Under the pieces are notes generated by a model. The model made no database searches, had not been told where the DNA came from, and saw only the letters and a list, made by a program, of their open reading frames with translations. The translations under genes and the position numbers were made by a program. Source: Haliotis rufescens (Eukaryota). From it: a DNA stretch of 64,000 nt. This document shows positions 50,759 to 62,024 of the stretch, in pieces (position 1 is the first letter of the stretch; each line of letters begins with the position of its first letter). The stretch lies in contig NW_025964334.1 of NCBI RefSeq assembly GCF_023055435.1, positions 15,376,001-15,440,000 of the forward strand, written 5' to 3'.

Positions 50759-51607
50759 ATAATGCCCGCTACAGCCGTCCTCAATCTCAAACATGAACGT
50801 CAACTCAGTAAAGCCCAAGTGTGAAATCTACTACCAGTATCTAGTCTCCTTGACTGCCGATTTAAGAAGCAACCTTGCAGGTAACCGAGTGTCGAAAGGT
50901 AATCTGATGCACTGTACATTTTGAGTAACAACAAACGGAAATATGTCAGGAATATAACGAAGCATGAGGATTTGCATTGACACCCTAGTGACAGGCAGCA
51001 AAATGTCGGCTCACCAGACGACATGGGTGGGGTGGGGGGTGTCATGTTGCCGTGACTACCAAATCACTCATGGGTGGGTTTAGGGGTGGGTTTAGGGGTA
51101 GATTTCAGATAAGACATGAGTGATGCGTGCGCGTTATGGAGTTAAGCTCTGGATCGCTGCTCGTCATTGTCGGACCTGTTTTGGTGTGGGAAATCACATT
51201 CCTTACTGACTGAGACCTACTCGAAATGTACATGACGTGTGTGTGTTATGAACGTTGGCAGTGCCGCTATTGACAACACATGCAATATCTCCCCATGGCG
51301 GTATGTCAGACCATGAGGAATTCAAACGCTGGTTTTTATTATTGATAGACATGATAGTTATATTGAACACTATCAGACCTTCATGAGATTATTTGTTTGA
51401 TATTATTTTGATATTTAGCTTCACATGAGTATCATTGACAGTATTTTGACATTGTTTGTGACGTGTGTTATGTGGAGACCCTCTTGGTGGTATCAAGGAA
51501 GTACTCCACTGAAAGGGACCAGGTTCTCCAGTGATCGTAACTACGATTGTCGATAGTCCCACACTTGTTTATGTTGATATCTTTGTTGAAATATTTCTAA
51601 AAGCAGT

Positions 51608-51786
51608 CAGGGTGGTCGGGTAGCCTAGTGGTTAAAGCGTTGGCTCGTCACGCCGAAGACCCGGGTTCGATTCCCAACATGGGTACAATATGTGAAGCCC
51701 ATTTCTGGTGTCCCCCGCCGTGATATTGCTGGAATATTGCTAAAAGCGGCATAAAACCTCACTCACTCACTCACTCACTCACTCAC
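51608..51786 (+). mobile_element. Family A tRNA-SINE, young copy
   Basis: CpGs retained; TSD tctaaaagcagt (51596-51607, 51787-51798). Confidence 0.96.
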
Positions 51787-52409
51787 TCTAAAAGCAGTTA
51801 TCCCTTGTAGCATAACGGGAAAGCCAGTCATACAGATGACCCAGTTGAGCTATTGCCCACTTTGGTATATTTTCCGAAGGCCAGTTTAGTATCACCTGCC
51901 ACGCTATTGCAAGACTGGTAGGTTTGGCAGACCCATTCTTGTGTTGTCACTTGACATGATTTAGCTGGCATGTCTAATTGGGTTGTGGTCTTTTTAATGT
52001 TGATTGTGTTAGCCTTACCCATTCCTTTCCTGTTACTCAGGGACCCCCTACAAGCTTGCCACAGTGCTGTGTTTTTATTATCATCTTCCATAAGCATCAA
52101 ACATAATGTCAACTTCGTTCCCAGCGTATCATGCATTTTATGAAAATTTCGTGATAAAAACACCCTGTTCTCCCCATCTCAGACCCAAGTCAGTTCCTGA
52201 ATCACTCCCCTTGGGACTCCATCCCCCGATCCCCCTAATCCCCTACCCGCCCCCAATCCCCTACCCCCCATGCTGTAAAAGCAACTCAACCTCCCCATCT
52301 CATATTGCTTCCCTCACACACACAAATTTCTGATTCTGTCCCTACCATATCTCACACTAGCCTACACCCCCACTCCCATCCCATCCCAAGTGTAAGAGGC
52401 TCCCATCCC

Positions 52410-52785
52410 CACCACCCCCACCCCCCACCCCCCACCCCCGATGTGTATGACACTCCCCCCACCCCCTACCTCTGTATGTTTGACACAAGACGTAGTCTAT
52501 TTCACACCCACCGCCACATCCCCACCCTTATGTGTATGACACTCCCACCCCACCCCCCACCTCTGTATGTTTGACACAAGTAGATTTCACACCCACCGCC
52601 ACACCCACACCCAAGTGTATGACACTCCCACCCACCCCCATGTGTATGACACTCCCACCCACCCCCATGTGTACGACACTCCCACCCCCATGTGTACGAC
52701 ACTCCCACCGCCACCCCCACCCCCATGTGTACGACATTCCAACATCCACCCCCACCCCCATGTTTATGACACTTACCCACTCCCA
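52410..52785. repeat. C-rich minisatellite, ~23-35 bp unit (cccccatgtgtatgacactcccaccca)
   Basis: Recurrent tgtgta(t/c)gacactccca within a wider C-rich zone, about 52190-52985. Confidence 0.85.
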
Positions 52786-53840
52786 CTACAGCTTTATCGA
52801 CAGCAAACCAATTTCAAAAACAACCCATCACCTCCCACCCCTATCTCTGACTCCTGCCATCTCACCCCAAACCCCCCATCCCAAAACAGCCAATTACATC
52901 CCACCCCATACATCCTCCACCCCCACACACACCCTCAGCCCCCACCTACTCCCAACCCCCTAACCCCAACACTCTCCAAACCAGCATTTCATCTACAACA
53001 ATTTCAACTCTACTCAGCAAATGAGGGTTTGTCATTTTCTCGCTTATCACGGCCAAAAAACCGATTCGATCAATCATCCCGATCCTCCATGTTCTAGAAG
53101 ACACGGAGTCTATGTGAAGAACACATCCCCAGCTTCAGTGGCAGCAAAAAACATCTTCGATCTGCCCGTGAAGATTCCCTGTTGCACATCCCAGAAGGAT
53201 CACCACTCAAGTCGTCAATTTTGATCCTTAAGAGAAGAGATATGTACATATTTGTTCTCTGCTCCTCCATTTGTAAATTACCCCAAAAGGCACACTTTCC
53301 ACTAGCTCTCCGTCCCCTATTTAAACCCTAAATGGATCCCCCTTGCTCTCTGAGAGATTGATGATCTCCTGATGCTGTAATTAAAAACTAGCTAACGTAC
53401 TGGCGCCATCAAGAAGAGCTTACATTTGTCCAGTGTTCAAGTCCCTACAGCATCACTGTCAGACAGAAGCCAGGAAAGATTCATTATGTTTTTGACGAGA
53501 AATTCACGTGCATTCACGTATGTTGCATATCGGATGCAGCCATTGCTGTTCCACCCGTACCCTAGCGAAGTAAGCTGAATCTCATTCCATTAACATCTTA
53601 TCACAGAACACCTGTCTGTGAGAAATAGATTAAAGATCCTATTCCATATCTCATTAATTTTCAATTTTTGAAACCCAAATTAAAAGACTTTGTCATTTAA
53701 CCCTAAGTGTGGGGATTCATATGAAAGGAAATTCAATGATTAAGTGAAATATCTGGTAAAATTTACATTTTGTGATATGTTGTTAAAATTTGTAAATAAG
53801 TTTTGAGTTCTTGTATTGTGTTATATTTGTGTTCGGTAAT

Positions 53841-53943
53841 AGTGAGTGAGTGAGTGGGTGAGTGAGTATGGTTTTACGCCACTTTTAGCAATATTCCAGC
53901 AATATCACGGTGGGGGACACCAGAAATGGGCTTCACACATTTG
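53841..53943 (-). mobile_element. 5'-truncated family A SINE
   Basis: (gagt)n tail plus 3' body; flanked by gttc(g/t)gtaata. Confidence 0.9.
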
Positions 53944-55225
53944 TTCTGTAATACGATAGGTGGAACACAATTAGACTCCAACTCTTGCCAGTATTTATCA
54001 CTCATTCCTAGCTGCCAATCCTGCTGTGAATGTGTTTATCAAACTGCATCAAACATTAACTAATGTAGAGCTAGACTCTGAAAAGCTTTTCGTTGTCTAT
54101 CAGGCAGCATGTTAATCACTTTCAGACAACGTCATGTTGTGTCATTATCTTCCATATCTGCTAAGCGTCATATTTCATATTTCGATGCCTTCAAGAGGTG
54201 TAGCTACTGGCTGTGACCTCTCATTATTTTCATCATTGAAACCAGTATGCTGTCAAATCTATATCAGCATCTTAGGTCACAAAGTTTGTTTTAAAGTTTA
54301 TGTTCAAAAACTTAACTACAGTTCCTTCGAGTTCACGTCTTTTCACAGATAAAATGATAAAAACAGGTTTTTTCACTCATATCATTTGAAATTAAGAATT
54401 TTAAATTCAAAAAATCTTTGATGGAACCAACTCTTATCATTGTGGTGAGTTATTTATGGGATCCAAAATTTTATTTTGGAAAAATAATTTTCCATGTGTA
54501 ATGATTCTGATGAGAAGTCGTTGACGTCACACTTTTTGCGTCGAAGAGATCATTGGATGTGGATTTTTGATGAGGTGCGAGCAACATTAAATATTGAATC
54601 AGCAGTAATGAAAGTAACAATATCATCATGACCGAGGCGACGTGAGATTATAAATAAGTCATAACCAAGAGGAATCAAGGACGAAATCATCGTGTTAGTT
54701 TGCCGATTCCGATGAACACAAGCAAGATGTGTTAATGTACACTTGCTCATTTCAAGGAGTGTAAAAGGGGTGTGAAGATTTGTTGTCTCAAAATGTTTTC
54801 ACACATTATGAGGCTAATCCCAGACACGGCTCCACTAGCTGTTGCCATATTTGCCCAGAGTATCTTACAATAATGAAATTTGGATAAATCAATGTTTTTC
54901 ATCATGTTTCCTCGAAATATGAGCTGAAATTTGCATTTTGAAAATGCAGATTCTCACAAAAGTCCATGTTTGTGCTACTGAGTGTGTTTGACTTGATAAA
55001 AACCAAGAGAACGAAAATTCTTGGAATATGTCATGGCGGACAAAACAGGAAACAAATGGTAATTTCATATTTTTCTGTGGTCATCATAGTCATGGTCTAT
55101 TAATATGATTTTAAATTTTGTTCCGAAGAGGATTGAAAAACCATGACGGTGTATGCTGAAGATGAAGAAGAATTAGAGGAAGAAGAATTGTAATGTACGA
55201 AACACCCTGTTGGGACAAGACAGAG

Positions 55226-55433
55226 TTTTGTTTGTTTGTTTGTTGTTTAACCCTGCACTCTGCAATATTCCAGCTATATGATGGTGGTCTGTAAATAATC
55301 GAGTCTGGACCAGACAATCCAGTGATTAACATCATGAGCATCGATCCACGCAATTGGGATACGATGACATGCATCAACCAAGTCAGCAAGCCTGACCACC
55401 CGATCCCATTAGTTGCCTCTTACGACAAGCATA
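55226..55433 (-). mobile_element. 5'-truncated family B element
   Basis: Reverse complement of B from tgcttgtcgtaagaggcaactaa to the (aaac)n tail. Confidence 0.92.
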
Positions 55434-55605
55434 TTTGCCTGCAAATAGAGTACATTTATATGGCACAGAGACAAGAACATGGCCAACAGTTATACAGTAC
55501 CTAAATGCATGAAAACATGATGAGAATGAAAATAACAGGGACAAAACTCTTTCAATACATAAAATTACACAGATTCTAACATTATTTGCAATGTTCTCTG
55601 GCAAG

Positions 55606-55981
55606 GACAGGTCCAAACGTACTACCCAGGTACCCGACCCCCTATTATCCAACCCTACCTGGGTACCCGCTGTTGGTCTCAAGAGATAGGTACAAAATAT
55701 CCTATTGGGAATTGCCATGGCAAAAGGTTATAAGATGTACATATGAAATGATCTGGTCATGCATACACTGAAGTTGACAGAAGATTTGTCTTTATTCAAT
55801 CATATAAAAGTCAGAAGGACAGTGTGGATATTCAGCAGAAATGCGAACATTAGTGACATAGTGTCATTGTCATTAAACAATATACCGCGTGACTAAAAGG
55901 GTTGTCCTGTGGGTACCCGGGTCCTACTCTGTACCCACCCGACCCGAGTACCCGAGTACCCGAGTTACCCATCCCACCTCT
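55606..55981. mobile_element. Possible hAT-like DNA transposon remnant (clusters of acccg/gggtacc sub-terminal words)
   Basis: acccgagt x3 plus acccatcccacctct at 55942-55981, and gggtaccc clusters at 55620-55670. No TSD or matching second TIR found. Confidence 0.4.
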
Positions 55982-57133
55982 TCAGTGTACATCAGCATAC
56001 AAGATGAGGGTCTATGACTATAATTAATACACAGATGTAAATGAGATGTGTTTATAATCATGTGTGTGTTCATTCGTGACCAAATCGTGTTATTCCGGGA
56101 CAAGCCGAATAGCGACTCGTGCCCCTCTCATGGCCATTTTTGCGACCGGGTTCCGTCTTAGCGCAAACGGGCATACCTAAAACAGTTGTCAACTTGTTGC
56201 GTAATGGTTCACATATATTTCCCCATATATTATATATATTTTAGATGCAATTTAAAGCACATCAGGACATGCGGAATTATACAGTATGATTGAACACATT
56301 TAACTGTGTCTTGGGTATATTTTCGATGCAAGACATATGTAAAATCAAAAAATATTTCTGAGGGATTCTTTGACAAAGAACTTGAAATCATAGCGCATTC
56401 TGTTTGGTTTGTCGTATTTTCGCACATAACATTCATTGATAGGGGGACAAGTCTTCTTGCAGGTTACGAAAAGGGGCGAGTGGTGACGAATGGTGTGTGT
56501 TCCTTGCCAGCGGGTCCCTTTAAAACAACCTCAGAGAAAACAAGTAAAACTTTTGAAATGAACCAGAGCCGGTTTCAATGACTCTGAAATACACATGAAA
56601 TGCCTATGAGAAACATACGGGATACACACACCAACTTCATCAAAGAAAATGTTTAAATTAAATAAACAGATTGAAATCAGCCACGGTCATTCATCACAGT
56701 TGGGGATCTGTTCAATTTAGGCTGGTACAGCTTTTGACCTGACCCATGAGGGCAGCGTAGCTGGACTGACCAGTTCTGACCCCACCCCCAACGGAGCATC
56801 ATTTCCCCCTTGTGATGGGCGGATTCCATTTGTGTAATTACTATAATACCTGAATTATTAATGGCTGACTGGTAGTTACTGCATGAGTCAAGCACACATA
56901 ACAAGGATACGCTCTTGATTGACAGGCCGTTGTCTATGGCATCAGTAGCAGACACTCCAACCACCTTGCTAAACGTGTGTCACTTTGAAATGAGCTTCAT
57001 TGTAAATGCACTTAGGGCCAGTGCAATAATACATTGATATGGGATTGTCCCACTCAGGGTGAAATGTACATGATATTGACGACCTCAAATGTAGAACTGA
57101 CATGTTTAAACAAACGGGCTTCTGATGAAAGTC

Positions 57134-57580
57134 GACTGTCTCCATGGTCTAGTGGTTAGAGCGTCTGCCTGGAGAGTGGAGGGTCTGTGGTTTGATCCTG
57201 TCTGCCTCATACCAAAAGACATTAAAAGATGGAACTTGTTGTTTCCCTGCCTGCCACTCGGTATAAGAGGCTAAAACAAGGACTGGTTCGCTCAGAGTCA
57301 GCATACTGGGTTTGGGTGGGGTATTTATATTTAACTGCAGCATGGTATCTCAATGGGCTGGCACTATAAAACAGGCAAACAGGCATTGNNNNNNNNNNNN
57401 NNNNNNNNNNNNNNNNNNNNNNNNNNNNNNNNNNNNNNNNNNNNNNNNNNNNNNNNNNNNNNNNNNNNNNNNNNNNNNNNNNNNNNNNNNNNNNNNNNNN
57501 NNNNNNNNNNNNNNNNNNNNNNNNNNNNNNNNNNNNNNTTGAACATGACATTTAACTTTTTTTGCACCTCACCTCATCTC
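57134..57580 (+). mobile_element. Family C (Meta/MESC-like) SINE spanning the assembly gap
   Basis: tggtctagtggttagagc head, cataccaaaagacattaaaagatgg domain; the tail ttgaacatga...cacctcacctc follows the Ns. Confidence 0.85.
57389..57538. other. Assembly gap (150 N)
   Basis: Run of n. Confidence 1.
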
Positions 57581-58162
57581 TGATCAAAGTAAAGTTTCAT
57601 GAACTTAATTTAACCATTTCAAAATTAACAAAGTACAACCCAAATTGATTACAGCTGGAATAAATCAGAACTCGAGCGACAGTTCTCAACATTACCTTAT
57701 CAATAGATAATCATTGTGGTATATATTTCTTGAGAATTCTTCAAAAGTAACAAAAAGATACTTATTTATTCACAAACCACCATATATCTAGGCCACCAAT
57801 TGTCTATGTGGAGTTTCTCAAGGACATCTTTGAATGCGATATATGGATCTTTGTCAACTGATAATGGATGCTAATTCCAGTAACTAGAGTTCTCTCCAGT
57901 GATACATACTGTGGGTAGCCAAAGGTGAAATTGAGTAGACTTCAATGGCTTCTGATTTGTCTGTGTGAAGATAACCGTAGATCGTAAAGATGATGTGGTA
58001 TGCATGATTACTTTAGAAGGCAGTTATTTCACAAACACTCTGTAGTATTTATATTTCAAGTGACTTGTCATCAATGTTTGATCAGAACCAGCCTCTGAGA
58101 AAGTATGTTAAAATATCAATACAATTTAACAATACCTTTTATCATCTACAATCATTTTGAAT

Positions 58163-58181
58163 ATCATCATCTTCATCATCG

Positions 58182-58212
<31 letters not shown>

Positions 58213-58221
58213 AACCACCAC

Positions 58222-58251
<30 letters not shown>
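58163..58251. repeat. (cat)n microsatellite, with a complementary (gat)n tract at about 58329-58353
   Basis: Direct reading. Confidence 0.95.
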
Positions 58252-58254
<3 letters not shown>

Positions 58255-58952
58255 CCTCCTAACATCTTGACAGTGCCAGGATCACCCAAACCCTCTTTGC
58301 TGCATTTTATTTTTTAAATCAGTTAATAATGATGATGATGATGATGATGATGATAATAATATAAAAAAAATTAAATGATGCAGGTGCTTGTTTCTACGCA
58401 GGTGCTTGTTTCTGTTCAGGTGCTTCTGTCTTGTCTGTCTGGTAATGTTGTGTGACTGTACTTGACTCGTCAGTTTCAAGGTGTCACTTGTCTATTTCAC
58501 TAAGCCTCATAAATTAGCCTCTGGTATAGAATGACGGGGACAGTGTAATACCTTCAATCTGTGTTGTTAATCAGACTTAGGATGAAGCAAGCTCCACCAC
58601 TGAGATGCACCTCTGCTCTTATGTCGCGACATCACTGATGTCAGCTCCTTTTGTACTTGAATGATGATATTAGTCTTATGTTAGGCCATTTTGTCTCAAG
58701 TAGCCTGCTAATGCCTAACTCACATCTTGACCAGAAATTGACGTAGGTCTGTTTCGTCCCTGGTCTTGCTCTGATGATGACATGCCTTGTACGGAGTCTT
58801 GGAAATATGAAATATGCGTCTGTAATATCGAGATAGGATTATGACAAACAAATCCCTGAACTGGTATGATAAAAGGAAAAGGAGTCTGTATGGATCACGA
58901 ACATGACATGAAAGCTATTAGTAATCACAATTTAATTAACGCGCATGATAAT

Positions 58953-59082
58953 ATATATTGAACAAAAAACTTAAGGATCTTGAATATTTTTATGGATGTT
59001 TTTTGTAGTGAAGACTGAACTCACAATTTCATAAAAATACCCCAAAAAATATGAATGATCCCTAACTTTTTGTTTAGTATAT
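58953..59082. mobile_element. ~130-bp palindromic MITE, copy 2
   Basis: atattgaacaaaaaacttaaggatc... pairs with ...gatccctaactttttgtttagtat; homologous to 50370-50502. Confidence 0.75.
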
Positions 59083-59108
59083 TTTAGATAAATGTTCTCG
59101 TTAAACTG

Positions 59109-59277
59109 GACGGTTGGGGAGCCTAGTGGTGAAAGTGTTCACTCGTCACACCGAAGACCCAGGTTTTGATTCCCCACATGGGTACAATATGTGAAGCCCA
59201 TTTCTGGTGTCCCCCGCCACGATATTGCTGGAGTATAGCTATAAGCAGCATAAAACCATACTCACTCACTCACTCAC
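59109..59277 (+). mobile_element. Family A tRNA-SINE
   Basis: Family A consensus with (actc)n tail. Confidence 0.92.
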
Positions 59278-60339
59278 ATCACAGAATTAGTAAAACATGT
59301 AGTTCGGGCCCTGAACTGGCATATTCAAAGTAGACAATGTAGAGAAAGGTCCCTTGCCCAATACAATATGTAAACACAAACACACAATACCATTTATCCC
59401 CACCTGTCTGTGGTGCACTGTCAGATGGGATATTGCTAACTCATTAATATCAGTGCAAAACTCATCAATATCAGTGTATAGCTCGTCAATATCAACGCCA
59501 TGTGCAACCTCTCTCATCACAAAATTGCAAATCAATCGAAAATATTTTGATAAAAAAAGTCAACCAGACAGCTGATTTTACAGATTTTTGACTCATATAT
59601 ACGCCAAAATATTGATATCCTTTCAAATTTTATATTGATGGTTGCATGCAAGACTACAGCATATTGACGACTGATGCAACACAATGCATGTCAGTTGCTG
59701 CCTCTGACAGCTATATACATCACTGACATGCACATCGTCTTGGTCCATGCTCCTATCAGCGGTAGTGATAAGCAACATTAGCGTCATCGATATCACGTGT
59801 CGTCAGATGCAAGGACTTGACGACCCCATGACATGCTAGGCAATCACACAGTATCTACAAATGGCTGACATGAAAAACATGCTGCAAAAAGGTTTACATT
59901 TAACATTTACAACTTGGTGGAATAATGGTTGGAAGCACTAAAAGCCGTCCCTTTAATCTTCATCCTATATGGCCCGGTGATAAAGTATTAAGCGCGTTGC
60001 CATGTATATTGTACAGTCCATGCAATAGTAAATCACCTTGCATCCGTGCACACTATGCAGGCAGTCATCAAGAGCGATGTCTCTATCATGCTAATTCAAT
60101 CAGCCATGGCTATATGCGTTCAGGGATCCCATATACATGTCGTCAATAGCCTCGTCACTTTCATGCAGATTTAATTCACCATGGTCTTATATGGTGTGAA
60201 GTGTACTTGGAGATCGTCATTAGTGAGGTCGATGACAATCAGCCTCATCTTGTGGTCCAGCCATGAAAGTAGAGAATATTTCTGTGTCTATTTGTCAGCA
60301 TGATTGGTCCATGAGTGTTCTCCCTCATGCTCTGACTCA

Positions 60340-60852
60340 GGACCCAAAGTACCCCTATGTATCAGTGTGTAATTTCCATGACCTGACCCAAAATACCTGA
60401 TCAGTGTATAGCTCTCTCTCCTTCCGAGCTGACCCAAAGTACCCCTATGTATCAATGTGTATCCCCCAGACCTGATCTCTTTGTACCCCTATGTATCAAT
60501 GTGTATCCCCCAGACCTGATCTCTTTGTACCCCTATGTATCAGTGTGTATCCCCCGAGACCTGATCTCTTTGTACCCCTATGTATCAGTGTGTATCCCCC
60601 AGACCTGATCTCTTTGTACCCTATGTATCAGTGTGTATCCCCCAGACCTGATCTCTTTGTACCCCTATGTATCAGTGTGTATCCCCAGACCTGATCTCTT
60701 TGTACCCTATGTATCAGTGTGTATCCCCAGACCTGATCACTTTGTACTCCTATGTATCAGCGTTTGTCCCCTGAGACCTGATCCTTTTGTACCCCTATGT
60801 ATCAATGTGTATCCCCCGAGACCTGATCTCTTTGTACCCCTATGTATCAATA
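60340..60852. repeat. Minisatellite, ~42-45 bp unit (acccctatgtatcagtgtgtatcccccagacctgatctctttgt)
   Basis: About 9 good copies from 60440, with diverged copies upstream. Confidence 0.93.
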
Positions 60853-61936
60853 TATCTCCCCCTCCCCACCTCACGCCCCTGAGTATCCTTATGTGTAGGA
60901 GTGTGCCCCTAGGTGCCTGGGCTGCCCTTCATATCAGCTGATTGACAGGTACTTGATGGCTATGTGCATGACAGGTCATTGACAGGTCTGGCCACTCAAA
61001 CCTCATCAATGGCTGATTTGTTTTCTTATCACCCCCCAACACTGGGAGTTTGTGTATTCATGCACCGTGTTTACATACACACAGCCAGATCCTCTCCCCT
61101 CATGCAGATTAATTCATATTGATCAGTAATCAATTTCAGGTTAGGCACGTCTTTGCCGCAATGTGCAAGTGTTTTGTTGCTAGTAACAACATGTACATTG
61201 CTGGGATTTACATATCATTGATACATGTCGCAGCGTTCGTTTCAGCCTTTGATGCCTACCATCACGGATGCTAAATATTTTGCGATGCTATTAGCAAATT
61301 ACCAGCGATGTGTCAAATCCACAGTCTGTGTTTGACTGTATCAGGGAATTGATATATACTTCAGAAAATCGATGCCATGCTAAAATATTTGCCTAGTTTC
61401 AAGATGGTCACAATATGGGATATTTACAGAAGGTCTCCTTTTGATGATTAAATGGTGCAGAATAACACAGTGGAAATCGATTTTCAAACTTTTTCCTTTT
61501 GTTTTGTGTTTTTTTTATAACTTCGGGTGATACTGACGAAAAACAGATGAGCTTATGAAATGAGTTGGTTTGTTTTATATAAATGATATATGATCAATGA
61601 ACCATGCAAATAGACAGTACTTGTTTAACTTGTATGTTGTTAAATGTCACAAACAAAATGATTATGAAATGGACAGCGTCTGTCATTATGTCCGTATCAC
61701 AAAGGTTGTCATGGTGTGTTTGTTTGGGAATTTAAAATTCAAACTTTAAATTTATATTCCTTCAAGGTAAAATTTTACATATATTAAAAAGATAGAAACT
61801 CAAATGACATTCCTCTTCTTTTACATCATATTTTAATTTCAAACTACTATTTTTAACTCTCTTTTTTTAACCAGCCTTTCCTGAACCATTCTGCTATTGA
61901 TTTTAACAGTTTTATTATTACAATGATGATACAATT

Positions 61937-62024
61937 TGTTGTCAATTTTATCAATTGCCTTTTTTTGTCTCTTTCAGGTAAGTACCTCTTCATTTATGAA
62001 TGACTGACATCGGAAACGGTAAGG
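61937..62024 (+). promoter_or_regulatory. Candidate recursive splice site with 41-nt cryptic RS-exon
   Basis: ccttttttttgtctctttcAG|GTAAGT-type junction (AG 61976-61977), no other AG for 66 nt upstream, and a second donor acg|gtaagg at 62019. Confidence 0.7.

Noticed and set aside
56070-56630. CpG-richer segment with a 91-aa ORF
   Set aside because: Possibly a repeat remnant, but no TIR, TSD or protein motif could be supported.
58105-58317. Poly-His ORF
   Set aside because: (cat)n microsatellite.
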